DNA from: an uncultured Desulfovibrionaceae bacterium
Lineage (GTDB): Bacteria > Desulfobacterota > Desulfovibrionia > Desulfovibrionales > Desulfovibrionaceae
Assembly (NCBI GenBank): GCA_964371835.1
Contig: CAYJOP010000001.1
Span: 6,414 to 70,413, forward strand
Direction: 5' to 3'
Length of the DNA: 64,000 nucleotides
Under the pieces are notes generated by a model. The model was given only the letters and a program-made list of their open reading frames with translations. It had not been told where the DNA came from and did no database searches. Positions within the stretch are counted from its first letter, which is position 1, and each line of letters opens with the position of its first letter. This document shows positions 55,553-64,000 of the stretch, one piece after another. The translations under genes and the position numbers were made by a program.

Positions 55553-56422
55553 CTACTTAGACAACATTGGATATTCAAGGGCCTCACGCTGGGCCGCATA
55601 AAGCTTTGCCACACCTGATGCAAGGTTTCGTACACGGCCAATATAACCTGTGCGCTCAGTAATGGAAATGGCTCCACGAGCGTCAAGTAAGTTAAAGGTA
55701 TGCGAACATTTTAAGCAATAATCATATGCAGGCCACGGCAATTCAAGCTCAATTAACTTTTTGCACTCAGCCTCATAGGAGTTGAAAAATTGCAATAGCA
55801 TGTCTGCATCACTTTCTTCAAAATTATAGCGTGATTGTTCAACTTCATTTTGATGATATAGGTGTCCGTAAGTTACATGCTCATTCCATTTAAGGTCATA
55901 AACTGACTCAACACCCTGTAAATACATGGCAAGGCGCTCTAAGCCATAGGTTAGCTCCACACTAATGGGGCTAAGGTCAAGTCCGCCAACTTGTTGAAAA
56001 TATGTAAATTGTGTAACTTCCATACCATTTAACCACACTTCCCAACCAAGCCCCCAAGCACCAAGGGTTGGTGACTCCCAGTCATCTTCCACAAAGCGAA
56101 TATCATGCTCTTTGGCATTTAAACCAAGTGCTGCAAGGCTTTCTAGGTAAAGCTCTTGCACATTTTCAGGTGAAGGCTTTAAGATTACTTGAAATTGAAA
56201 ATATCGCTGCAAGCGGTTTGGATTTTCACCATAGCGACCATCAGTGGGCCTGCGCGATGGCTCAACATAGGCCACATTCCAAGGCTCAGGCCCAATTACA
56301 CGCAAAAATGTATGCGGATTAAATGTGCCTGCGCCGCACTCAATGTCCATGGGTTGCTCAATAACGCAACCATGCTTTGCCCAAAAATTTTGAAGTGTTA
56401 GGATAATATCCTGAAAGTACAT
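55553..56422 (-). CDS. glyQ: Glycine--tRNA ligase alpha subunit
   Basis: [39 protein letters not shown]. 289 aa. Confidence 0.95.
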   Translation of the reverse strand: MYFQDIILTLQNFWAKHGCVIEQPMDIECGAGTFNPHTFLRVIGPEPWNVAYVEPSRRPTDGRYGENPNRLQRYFQFQVILKPSPENVQELYLESLAALGLNAKEHDIRFVEDDWESPTLGAWGLGWEVWLNGMEVTQFTYFQQVGGLDLSPISVELTYGLERLAMYLQGVESVYDLKWNEHVTYGHLYHQNEVEQSRYNFEESDADMLLQFFNSYEAECKKLIELELPWPAYDYCLKCSHTFNLLDARGAISITERTGYIGRVRNLASGVAKLYAAQREALEYPMLSK

Positions 56423-56494
56423 TGTGCATCCCTTAAAGTATTTATATGTTTTTACTAATAAATTAATTTTATTAGTAATAATAGCTTATTAGCC

Positions 56495-57244
56495 TTAAAC
56501 ACGCTTAAAGCGTCCTTCATCCCAAGCGATGCCTAGATGGTATTGCACAAAACCATCAATGGCCCTAAAGCAAGCTTGGCGCTCCTCAAAGCTCAAGTCA
56601 TTAACATTCCAATCAAGTGGTGGGCTACTTTCCACCCTATGCAAGGCATTTAATGTATTTGCTGGCAATTTTATTTCATAGCTTAAACGCCTAAAGTCAC
56701 TGCAATTTACACAGCGAGATATGCCTTCATCCATATGAAAAATAATATCCCCACCAGCTAAACTTTGCCCGCACATACTACACACATGCCAAGCAGGGGC
56801 AAAGCCCTGTTCACAAGCCATACGCAAGCGAAAAAGCACTGGATATAGGGTGTGTGGAGCGTCTAAATTTTCAAAAAAACTAAACATATCTTGCATAAGG
56901 TCATAAGCTGACTTTGTGGCATCTTGAGTAATGCCAATGGTCTCCAAAAAACGTATGCAATTCATGAACATACCAAGGCGCGCCCAATCTTTACGCAAAT
57001 TTTGTGGCCCCTTAACCAAAATCCCTTCTTCAAGGGATAAAAACTGGCCATTTCGTGAGCTTTTTACCCTGCAAGTAAGCGTATTTAAAACATCAAGACA
57101 GCCGCAAAAACGTTGCCGACTGCGACTGCCCCCAAATGCAAAAACCGTTACTAAACCATGCTTTCGAGAAAGCAATCTTAACCACATGTCAGCTTCACGA
57201 AACCGCCCCACATGCAGCACAATGGCAGAATCATTCCACTCCAT
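56495..57244 (-). CDS. recO: DNA repair protein RecO
   Basis: OB-fold N-terminus AIVLHVGRFREADMWLRLLSRKHGLVTVFAFGG. Cys cluster CSMCG...CVNC. Confidence 0.85.
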   Translation of the reverse strand: MEWNDSAIVLHVGRFREADMWLRLLSRKHGLVTVFAFGGSRSRQRFCGCLDVLNTLTCRVKSSRNGQFLSLEEGILVKGPQNLRKDWARLGMFMNCIRFLETIGITQDATKSAYDLMQDMFSFFENLDAPHTLYPVLFRLRMACEQGFAPAWHVCSMCGQSLAGGDIIFHMDEGISRCVNCSDFRRLSYEIKLPANTLNALHRVESSPPLDWNVNDLSFEERQACFRAIDGFVQYHLGIAWDEGRFKRV

Positions 57245-57263
57245 GTAAAATACCTAAATAATG

Positions 57264-58250
57264 CTATTGCTTTGGAGGAAAATATAAAGTTTTTACTTCT
57301 CCAACTCTACCAGGAATATCCGTTTCCTCACCATTATAGCGTATACGCACCCCACCAGCATTACCAAGCTTTAAAACCAAGCTATCATTGAAGGTAAGGG
57401 CAAAAGTATCTCCAGATTGTAATGAAAATTGCCTTGTATCAGCATTATCGGCATTTGAATCAACCCAACACTCAGCAACTGCGGTAATAATAACCCTATG
57501 TGTGCCATCCAATACCGGAGCATCTTCCTGTATTAATCTGTTTTCATTAATATTATCCGAACTATCCGTGGTAGCACTGGCTTTATTATCTTCATTTTCT
57601 ACAGTTATCTGCTCAGTATTAACTTCTCCTTGAGTTTCATTTTCAGTATTACTGGTAATATTTTCTTTTTCTACTTCATTATCTGTATTATCAGTAGGTT
57701 GAAAATTATCATTTTTTTCATTAGAAATTTGTGAATTTTTTTCTAAACTTTCTTTTGATTGATTTTCAGTGTCTTTAACATCATTAAATGTTTGACTTTT
57801 ATCAGATGAATCCAATTCTGGAGCTGGTTGAGCTGTCTCTAGGTGATCCTTTTTAAGCTTTGAAAACAAATCAGCATCCCTATTCATCCAAATAAAGCCA
57901 CCAAGCAATAAGCATAGACTGATAAAAACTAGAAAAATGATTTTATTTTTGCTAATTGAGTGTCCAGTGTCATAAAATTTAATATCACTATTTAAGGGTT
58001 CTTCACTTTCTTCATAAAGTTCAGGAACTGATAATAGCTCATCAGTATCAATATCAAGCATTTTAGCATAAGAAATCACAAATCCACGCACATAAACGCT
58101 ATGTGGTAAGGATTCATTATCAGCACATTCCAACGCTCGCAAAATGCGAGCGCTAATTTTTAAATGATTTGCAACGTCGTCAATGCTAAGATTTTTTTTC
58201 TCGCGCTCTAAACGCAAGATACTGCCTAGTTCAATAAGAGTCATGCTCAT
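57264..58250 (-). CDS. rodZ: RodZ-like cytoskeleton protein (HTH, TM, acidic/Asn-rich linker, DUF4115)
   Basis: HTH LSIDDVANHLKISARILRALE. One TM segment (IIFLVFISLCLLLGGFIW). C-terminal beta-rich domain ..ITAVAECWVDS..LKLGNAGGVRIRYNG. Confidence 0.8.
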   Translation of the reverse strand: MSMTLIELGSILRLEREKKNLSIDDVANHLKISARILRALECADNESLPHSVYVRGFVISYAKMLDIDTDELLSVPELYEESEEPLNSDIKFYDTGHSISKNKIIFLVFISLCLLLGGFIWMNRDADLFSKLKKDHLETAQPAPELDSSDKSQTFNDVKDTENQSKESLEKNSQISNEKNDNFQPTDNTDNEVEKENITSNTENETQGEVNTEQITVENEDNKASATTDSSDNINENRLIQEDAPVLDGTHRVIITAVAECWVDSNADNADTRQFSLQSGDTFALTFNDSLVLKLGNAGGVRIRYNGEETDIPGRVGEVKTLYFPPKQ

Positions 58251-58279
58251 ATTATTTTCTCTAATTTAGTTATATTGTA

Positions 58280-59215
58280 CTAGATACGAATATCAATCAT
58301 AGCTTTACTACGCAATTGACTAATATATTCTTCAAAACGCTCTTTTAACTTTGGTTCACGCAATATTTTTTCTATTATTGGCTTTGCTTCTTCAAAGGTC
58401 ATTGGGCCGCCATCAGAGGCTGCTTTAACCACTTTAAATTGTGCCAATTTATTATTTAAGGTAATAACAGGTGTCACTTCCCCATCTTTTAGTGAAGCAA
58501 TGAGATTTGCTAAAGCTGGCTCAAGTTTAGACTTTGGCACAGGACCCAAAAATCCGCCATTTTCCTTATTTGGACCTTCTGAAATTTCTCTGGCAATTTG
58601 CTCAAACTTACTAGTATCTTTGGCAATATCTTCAGCATGCTTTCTCACATTTGAAGAGTCAGGATATATCAATAAGGCAAGTTGTAAATCTGTACTACTT
58701 TTGAGCTCACTTTTATGTTCATTGTAATAAGCTTGAATTTCATTTTGGTTAACAACAACTTTACGCCCAACCATCATGCTCATAAGTTTTTGATGTAAAA
58801 TTGTGCCATAAATGCGAGTACGCAAAAACTTAATGGAAAGACCTTCTTTTTCTAACTGTTTTTCAAAAGCCTCTTTTGAAAGACGACTTTGTTGCATAAT
58901 ACGGCTGATTTCTTCTTCAACTTCAGTATCAGAAACAGTTATTTTAAGTTTTTCAGCTTCACTGGAAATAAGCTTTTCAAGTATTATATTATCAAGCGTT
59001 TTTTTTTGCAGTGCCTCAATTTTCTCTTTATGAGCAGCTTTATTAACATCAAGCTTCTGCTTTTTAATTTCAGGCATGGCAGCTTGTTGCAAATCATAGT
59101 ATGAAATCATTTGCCCATTCACTACAGCAGCTATTTTATTTATTGTTGCGGCATTAGCAGTAGAAGCAGTAAAAAACGTACAAATCAAAGCAAATAATAT
59201 TTTCTTCAAAATCAT
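58280..59215 (-). CDS. Periplasmic SurA-like chaperone / parvulin-type peptidyl-prolyl isomerase
   Basis: Sec signal ending ANA. SurA_N-like region INKIAAVVNGQMISYYDL. Parvulin-like GGFLGPV....LEPALANLIASLKDGEVTPVI. Confidence 0.75.
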   Translation of the reverse strand: MILKKILFALICTFFTASTANAATINKIAAVVNGQMISYYDLQQAAMPEIKKQKLDVNKAAHKEKIEALQKKTLDNIILEKLISSEAEKLKITVSDTEVEEEISRIMQQSRLSKEAFEKQLEKEGLSIKFLRTRIYGTILHQKLMSMMVGRKVVVNQNEIQAYYNEHKSELKSSTDLQLALLIYPDSSNVRKHAEDIAKDTSKFEQIAREISEGPNKENGGFLGPVPKSKLEPALANLIASLKDGEVTPVITLNNKLAQFKVVKAASDGGPMTFEEAKPIIEKILREPKLKERFEEYISQLRSKAMIDIRI

Positions 59216-59329
59216 TACCTCTCTATTTTGATTAATTTATTATAATAAAAAAGCTAGTGGCTATATATGCCTTTTTTTAACCGTATGCAATGCTCTTTTA
59301 GGGTTAATCCAATTAACACATTAAAATAA

Positions 59330-60238
59330 CTAAATTTTGATAATTTCTTTCATTAAGTGTTTAGAAATTTTAATTTCTACATTTTTTGTATTTTCTTCAA
59401 GCCAATTATTAAGCATTTCACCCATGCGCTGCTCAAAAATTTGATCTTCAATATAAGAATAGGCCTTGCTAATGGAAATATTTTCACCTTTATTCTTTTT
59501 TACTAAACAAATACGAAGAAAAATCTCACCTTCTTGTATAGCTTCAGTGCATTGCTTTTCAGCTAGGGCTAATATCTGTTCAGTTGCATTTTTTGGCATC
59601 ATATTTTCAGTTACATTAAGTTCATATTGATCAAATCTAGCCTTGTTTTTTAGTAATTCATCTAAATTATTTATATGATCTAAAACCTCTTTTTGAGCAC
59701 TTGAAGCAATATGTAAAGTATATGATGGACCAATCTTAAATTTATCTTTATGTGTGGTGTAGTAAGCCTCTACCTCTTCCACCGAGGGCACATATGATAT
59801 TTTTAAAACCATATTTTTGAAAACATCAACAGCTAGTTGGTAACGCAATAAAGTGCGCCAAGTATCAACATCAATGGCATTTTTAGTAATATAATCATCA
59901 AATTCTTCTTTAGTATAACCTTCAAGCAAACCTTTTTCATACTTAGCAACCATTTCATCAGTAACGCCTATTCTTTGGCTCTCAAGGTGTTGCAAAATAA
60001 TTTCATACAAAATAATTGTTGAAAGAGTAACTCCATATTGATTGCGCAATTTTCTTAATGAAGGCTTGCTGGTACTACTAAAATCTATAAATTCAATCTC
60101 TTGCAATGTTTGCACGGTGTGCAAAGTAATTTGCTTGCCATTAACAGTTGCCACAACATTATCAGGCAATGTGTCATTAGAACAACCACCCAAAAGCAAT
60201 AATGCAAGTAAGAACAAACTAAACTTCTTTAAGTACAC
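59330..60238 (-). CDS. SurA-N/PpiC-related lipoprotein
   Basis: Lipobox LLGGC. VATVNGKQITLHTV SurA_N-like start. Adjacent to the other SurA-like gene and to mfd. Confidence 0.6.
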   Translation of the reverse strand: MYLKKFSLFLLALLLLGGCSNDTLPDNVVATVNGKQITLHTVQTLQEIEFIDFSSTSKPSLRKLRNQYGVTLSTIILYEIILQHLESQRIGVTDEMVAKYEKGLLEGYTKEEFDDYITKNAIDVDTWRTLLRYQLAVDVFKNMVLKISYVPSVEEVEAYYTTHKDKFKIGPSYTLHIASSAQKEVLDHINNLDELLKNKARFDQYELNVTENMMPKNATEQILALAEKQCTEAIQEGEIFLRICLVKKNKGENISISKAYSYIEDQIFEQRMGEMLNNWLEENTKNVEIKISKHLMKEIIKI

Positions 60239-60301
60239 TATATAACTCCATTTATTTGTTTTAGAAAATCAATTACCAATTATAACAAAAAAACGTTCAG
60301 A

Positions 60302-63300
60302 TTAAAACTCTTTTTCTGGCTCAGAACTTGGTTGAGTAATTTTTAAGCTAGCTAAAAATGTTCCCACCTCTTCAAGTTTAGTTGCCATTGGTATGTTATT
60401 TTCATTAAACTTAACTTCTATACCAGACGGAGGAAGCAAGCGTACATCATTGTTTTTATTAATATACTCCATAAGCTTATTCACGTCTAAATTCTGCTTA
60501 CCAGTGTCCCATTTTACAACAATTCTATCACTAAAAATATCAGCCTTACAAGCATGCAATGTGGATAAATTTTGCTTTAATGAGAGTACAGCCAAGAAAT
60601 TTTCAAACTCAACAGCAAATGCGCCAAAACGATCACGCATGGCAAGGGCAATATCTTCTCGTGCTGCACCGCTAGTTGCTGAGCTTAAAGCTTTATAGTA
60701 ACGCAGGCGCTCACGCCCATCTTGTATATATGATTCTGGAATATTTGCAGTAATTCCAATGTTCAACTCAACTTCGGCATTAAGATCAACACCTGTGCCC
60801 TTAAGCCTATTAACAGCTTGTTCAAGCATTTCAAGGAACAAGTCCAAACCAAGGCGAGTCATGTGACCTGATTGCACCTCACCAAGAATATTACCAGCAC
60901 CACGCAAGCGCAAATCCTCCATGGCAACTTGAAATCCTGCTCCTAAGTAGTCCAAATCAAGGATAATTCGCATGCGCTCACGCGCTATGTCTGAAAGCCT
61001 ATGCTCCTCTGGCACCACAAAATACGCATATGCCTGCCTGTCAGAACGTCCAACCCTGCCCCTCAATTGATAAAGCTGACCAAGGCCAAACATATGTGCT
61101 TGGTCAACTATTAGCGTGTTGGCCCTTGGAAAGTCCAAACCAGACTCCACAATGGACGTACACACAAGCACATCAAGCTCCCCATGCCAAAATTTATGCA
61201 TAGTTTCTTCAAGAGATTTTTCTGGCATTTGCCCATGCGCCATGCCAATGCGAGCTGTAGGTATTAAATTTCGTACATATTCGGTGGTGCGCTCTAGCCC
61301 CTGCACACGATTATATACCCAAAAAACTTGACCTTCACGCTCAATTTCACGCTCAAGTATTTGCTTAAGTGTTTTTCCATCACGCTGCAAAACGGCTGTT
61401 TCTACAGGTTTGCGCTCTAATGGTGCAGTTTCAATTATGGACAAATCCCTAATTCCAGACATGGAGAGCTGCAAGGTGCGGGGTATTGGCGTTGCTGTAA
61501 GAGTTAAAGCATCCACATTTTTTTTCATGGCCTTAAGCTTTTCCTTGTGCCTAACTCCAAAACGCTGTTCCTCATCAAGTATTAATAAACCAAGATTTGG
61601 CAAACTCACATCCTTAGAAAGCAATCTATGTGTACCAATTAAGATATCAATTTGTCCCTTAGATGCTGCATCTAGAGTTTCTGTTTGCTTTTTCTTACTC
61701 ACAAAGCGGCTAAGCAAACCAACATTCACAGGAAAACCAGCCAAGCGATGTCTAAATGTCTGAAAATGCTGCTCTGCAAGCACTGTGGTTGGGCAAAGCA
61801 ATGCCACTTGCCTACCCTCAACTGCGGCCCTAAATGATGCACGCAATGCAACCTCTGTTTTGCCAAAGCCCACATCACCACACACCAGCCTGTCCATGGG
61901 TTGTGGTTTTTCCATATCATTAAGCACATCCTGAATGGCCTTGGCTTGGTCTGGTGTTTCCTCAAAACCAAATGTTGCTTCAAATTCTGCATAAAGCTCA
62001 TCTGGCGGATTATAACTAAAGCCCTTGGCAACCTTTCTAAATGCATACATTTCCACAAGGTCAGCGGCAATTTTTTCAATGGCTTTGCGGGCTTTTTCTT
62101 TACTACTTTGCCAATTTGTACTGCCAAGCTTATCCAACGGCGGCTCACCATCACCGCCCTTAAACAGTTGAACCAAGGATAAACGATCAGCAGGCACATA
62201 AAGCTTATCTGCGCCAGAATATTCAAGTAATAAAAAGTCGTTGGCAGCCTCGCCCACCTCCATACGGTATAAGCCAGTATAGCGGCCAATTCCATAATCA
62301 CGGTGAACAAGTAAATCACCAACATTTATATCATTAAAATTATTTAAGCCCTTAAATGCCCCAGTGGGAGTGCGGCTGTGTTTTTCCGCTTTAGGATAGA
62401 TAATATCCTCACCCAAGATGAGCACATTATCCCAAATTAACTCCACACCACCACGCCATGCTGAAATTAAGGCAAATAAGCCTTGAGTTTCAGGCATATA
62501 TCGCAAATGTGGAATAAGTCCATCTTGCTCAGCTAGGGTAAGAAATTTGGCTCTGCTACGCTCAGAACTAAAGGAGAGCAAAACTTGACGTTTACTGCGC
62601 TGCCAGTCTTTAAGGCCTGCTACCAAATGTTGCCACGGTCTATCCGTTGCCCCACTTACAGGAAAAAGAGTTGCAAAATCATGTAGTTGGCGTTCTTTTA
62701 ATTCTATAGATTTTTCAAAATGCTCACCACCGCCCATAATAAGCGGCTCTTCGTAAATGACATTTGCTCCATCCCATAGTGATAATACACTTTCTGCATC
62801 TCTTAAGGCAAAGCGTGCAGGTTGGGCAAGGCTCATATCCTCTGATTCAAGGCTTTCTGCAAGGGTGCGAGATGCTGTTTCCACATCATCCTTAACGTCC
62901 ACCTTTCCAGGTAAAAGCCACAAAACGTCCTTAGAAAGCCATTCCTCAAGCACTGTAGGCGCATCATAAAACACACCTGGTAGTAAATTATGCCCGCCAG
63001 CATTTAGGTTTTTCTTAAAATCGTGAATGGCATTTTCATCAAGTAAACCTTTAGTTTGTAAACGCTCCCAGCGTTCCAATGCCTTATCATACCAAGCATT
63101 TGCAATGGGCATGGGCGGAATTAAAGTAATTTCATCAATGTTTTCAAGCGAGCGTTGCGAAGCTTGGTCAAACATTCGCATGTCTTCAAGTAAGTCCCCA
63201 AAAAATTCAAGCCGAATTGGTTTTTCATAACCTGCTGGAAATATATCTAAAATATCACCACGCCTAGCCAAATCCCCAGGCCGCGTAACCATTTGTACTC

Positions 63301-63769
63301 GCTCATAACCCCAAGCTACTGCCTGCTCAATGAGCAAATCTGGAGATAAATCCGCACCCTTACTCATGCAGAGTTCATGCTCGTTAAAAAAGGTGCGAGG
63401 CATGTATTTTAACAAAATATTATCAATAGTTGTAACCAAACAACTGGCTTTGGCATATTGTAGGGCATAAAAAGTTGCCATGCGTTCAGCCCAAGCAGAA
63501 CCATGCCCAGTATGCAAGGCGCCAGAAGGCAAAAATAATAAAGGAGAATGCCACCGAGCGTCAGTAACAGTTGGATTTTTTTGAGAAAGATCAGGAGTAA
63601 AAATAGTCAACAAACCCTTTGCCGCTGCAAATTCCTCTCGATTACGAGCAAGCAGCACTGAGCTCTTACCATCTTGCATGTATTGTAAGGCCAAACGGCA
63701 TCGACTAGCCATGCCGCTATGAACGATATGGCTTTGCTTTTTAAGCAGTATTTCTTCAAGAATTGACAT
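60302..63769 (-). CDS. mfd: Transcription-repair coupling factor Mfd
   Basis: RNAP-interaction region VGDLLVHRDYGIGRY. Helicase motifs CGDVGFGKTEVA, DEEQRFGV and TATPIPRTL. TRG motif region QLRGRVGRS. 1155 aa. Confidence 0.95.
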   Translation of the reverse strand: MSILEEILLKKQSHIVHSGMASRCRLALQYMQDGKSSVLLARNREEFAAAKGLLTIFTPDLSQKNPTVTDARWHSPLLFLPSGALHTGHGSAWAERMATFYALQYAKASCLVTTIDNILLKYMPRTFFNEHELCMSKGADLSPDLLIEQAVAWGYERVQMVTRPGDLARRGDILDIFPAGYEKPIRLEFFGDLLEDMRMFDQASQRSLENIDEITLIPPMPIANAWYDKALERWERLQTKGLLDENAIHDFKKNLNAGGHNLLPGVFYDAPTVLEEWLSKDVLWLLPGKVDVKDDVETASRTLAESLESEDMSLAQPARFALRDAESVLSLWDGANVIYEEPLIMGGGEHFEKSIELKERQLHDFATLFPVSGATDRPWQHLVAGLKDWQRSKRQVLLSFSSERSRAKFLTLAEQDGLIPHLRYMPETQGLFALISAWRGGVELIWDNVLILGEDIIYPKAEKHSRTPTGAFKGLNNFNDINVGDLLVHRDYGIGRYTGLYRMEVGEAANDFLLLEYSGADKLYVPADRLSLVQLFKGGDGEPPLDKLGSTNWQSSKEKARKAIEKIAADLVEMYAFRKVAKGFSYNPPDELYAEFEATFGFEETPDQAKAIQDVLNDMEKPQPMDRLVCGDVGFGKTEVALRASFRAAVEGRQVALLCPTTVLAEQHFQTFRHRLAGFPVNVGLLSRFVSKKKQTETLDAASKGQIDILIGTHRLLSKDVSLPNLGLLILDEEQRFGVRHKEKLKAMKKNVDALTLTATPIPRTLQLSMSGIRDLSIIETAPLERKPVETAVLQRDGKTLKQILEREIEREGQVFWVYNRVQGLERTTEYVRNLIPTARIGMAHGQMPEKSLEETMHKFWHGELDVLVCTSIVESGLDFPRANTLIVDQAHMFGLGQLYQLRGRVGRSDRQAYAYFVVPEEHRLSDIARERMRIILDLDYLGAGFQVAMEDLRLRGAGNILGEVQSGHMTRLGLDLFLEMLEQAVNRLKGTGVDLNAEVELNIGITANIPESYIQDGRERLRYYKALSSATSGAAREDIALAMRDRFGAFAVEFENFLAVLSLKQNLSTLHACKADIFSDRIVVKWDTGKQNLDVNKLMEYINKNNDVRLLPPSGIEVKFNENNIPMATKLEEVGTFLASLKITQPSSEPEKEF

Positions 63770-63888
63770 ATAATTTCACATTTAGGGAGTAAATAACGAA
63801 GGGCATTGTAGTATAGATTGCGTATTTGTAAAGGCATTTTTATTTTTATAAATACATGAATTAAAAAGACAAAATTGCAATACGATAA

Positions 63889-64000
63889 TTATTTCAAAAA
63901 TGCTTTTTCCAAGGCTTCGTTTAACATGTCTTGAGTATAAATGTCACGCAAGATAATAGGGGCAGATGCTTGCAAACCTGTTGTAAATATTGCAGTTAGT
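63889..64000 (-). CDS. 3' end of an unidentified gene running off the window
   Basis: Open minus-strand frame ending ..APIILRDIYTQDMLNEALEKAFLK-TAA at 63889-63891. Too short to assign. Confidence 0.3.
   Translation of the reverse strand, partial: LTAIFTTGLQASAPIILRDIYTQDMLNEALEKAFLK

Noticed and set aside
1-64000. CRISPR arrays, rRNA genes, intact IS/transposase genes, and recognisable defence-system gene sets
   Set aside because: No regularly spaced direct repeats, rRNA signatures or transposase/nuclease-helicase cassettes were seen on either strand. The only recombinase is the integrase fragment at 5970-6458.

Overview
AT-rich 64 kb bacterial chromosomal segment. The protein families and local gene order resemble a Desulfovibrionaceae-type (Desulfobacterota) genome: a giant PpsA-like dikinase beside a single-chain biotin carboxylase and birA, phoH-7TM/HD-ybeY, glyQS-recO-rodZ-surA-like-mfd, and cytoplasmic multi-PAS hybrid kinases. 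That placement rests on remembered family features; no search was run. I support about 47 protein genes (mostly housekeeping), one tRNA-His and one tmRNA. No CRISPR array, rRNA or intact transposase was seen. Four things stand out. (1) At 3.5-7.0 kb, a decayed ~2.2 kb island sits in the 3' end of ssrA. It has a duplicated att core, a displaced ssrA terminator, clustered TACCGTAAAA arm-type repeats, a P4-type integrase pseudogene and a nonsense-disrupted lipoprotein gene. An XRE-HTH/DUF2442 two-gene cassette with operator-like repeats lies just outside it. (2) There are three families of short non-coding repeats. Family 1 is a ~210-280 bp MITE-like element present as two inverted copies flanking 10 kb. 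Family 2 is a ~230 bp element with CCCCCAGACCCCC/hairpin termini, found in two convergent intergenic regions. Family 3 is a GC-rich hairpin module nested inside one family-1 copy and recurring upstream of hemC. (3) Several gene architectures are unusual: an RdgC-like pair, two orphan ABC permeases and recN in one tight array; nadK, a degenerate DUF89-like protein and gatB; a BioD-BioA fusion coupled to a sodium:solute symporter; a Lon-like protease with a degenerate P-loop; and a biotin carboxylase with non-canonical carboxyltransferase motifs and a Cys-rich tail. (4) A good sigma-54-type promoter match precedes a Cys-free protein built from five ~50-residue repeats. All coordinates and motifs were read by eye, and functional statements beyond family assignment are inference.
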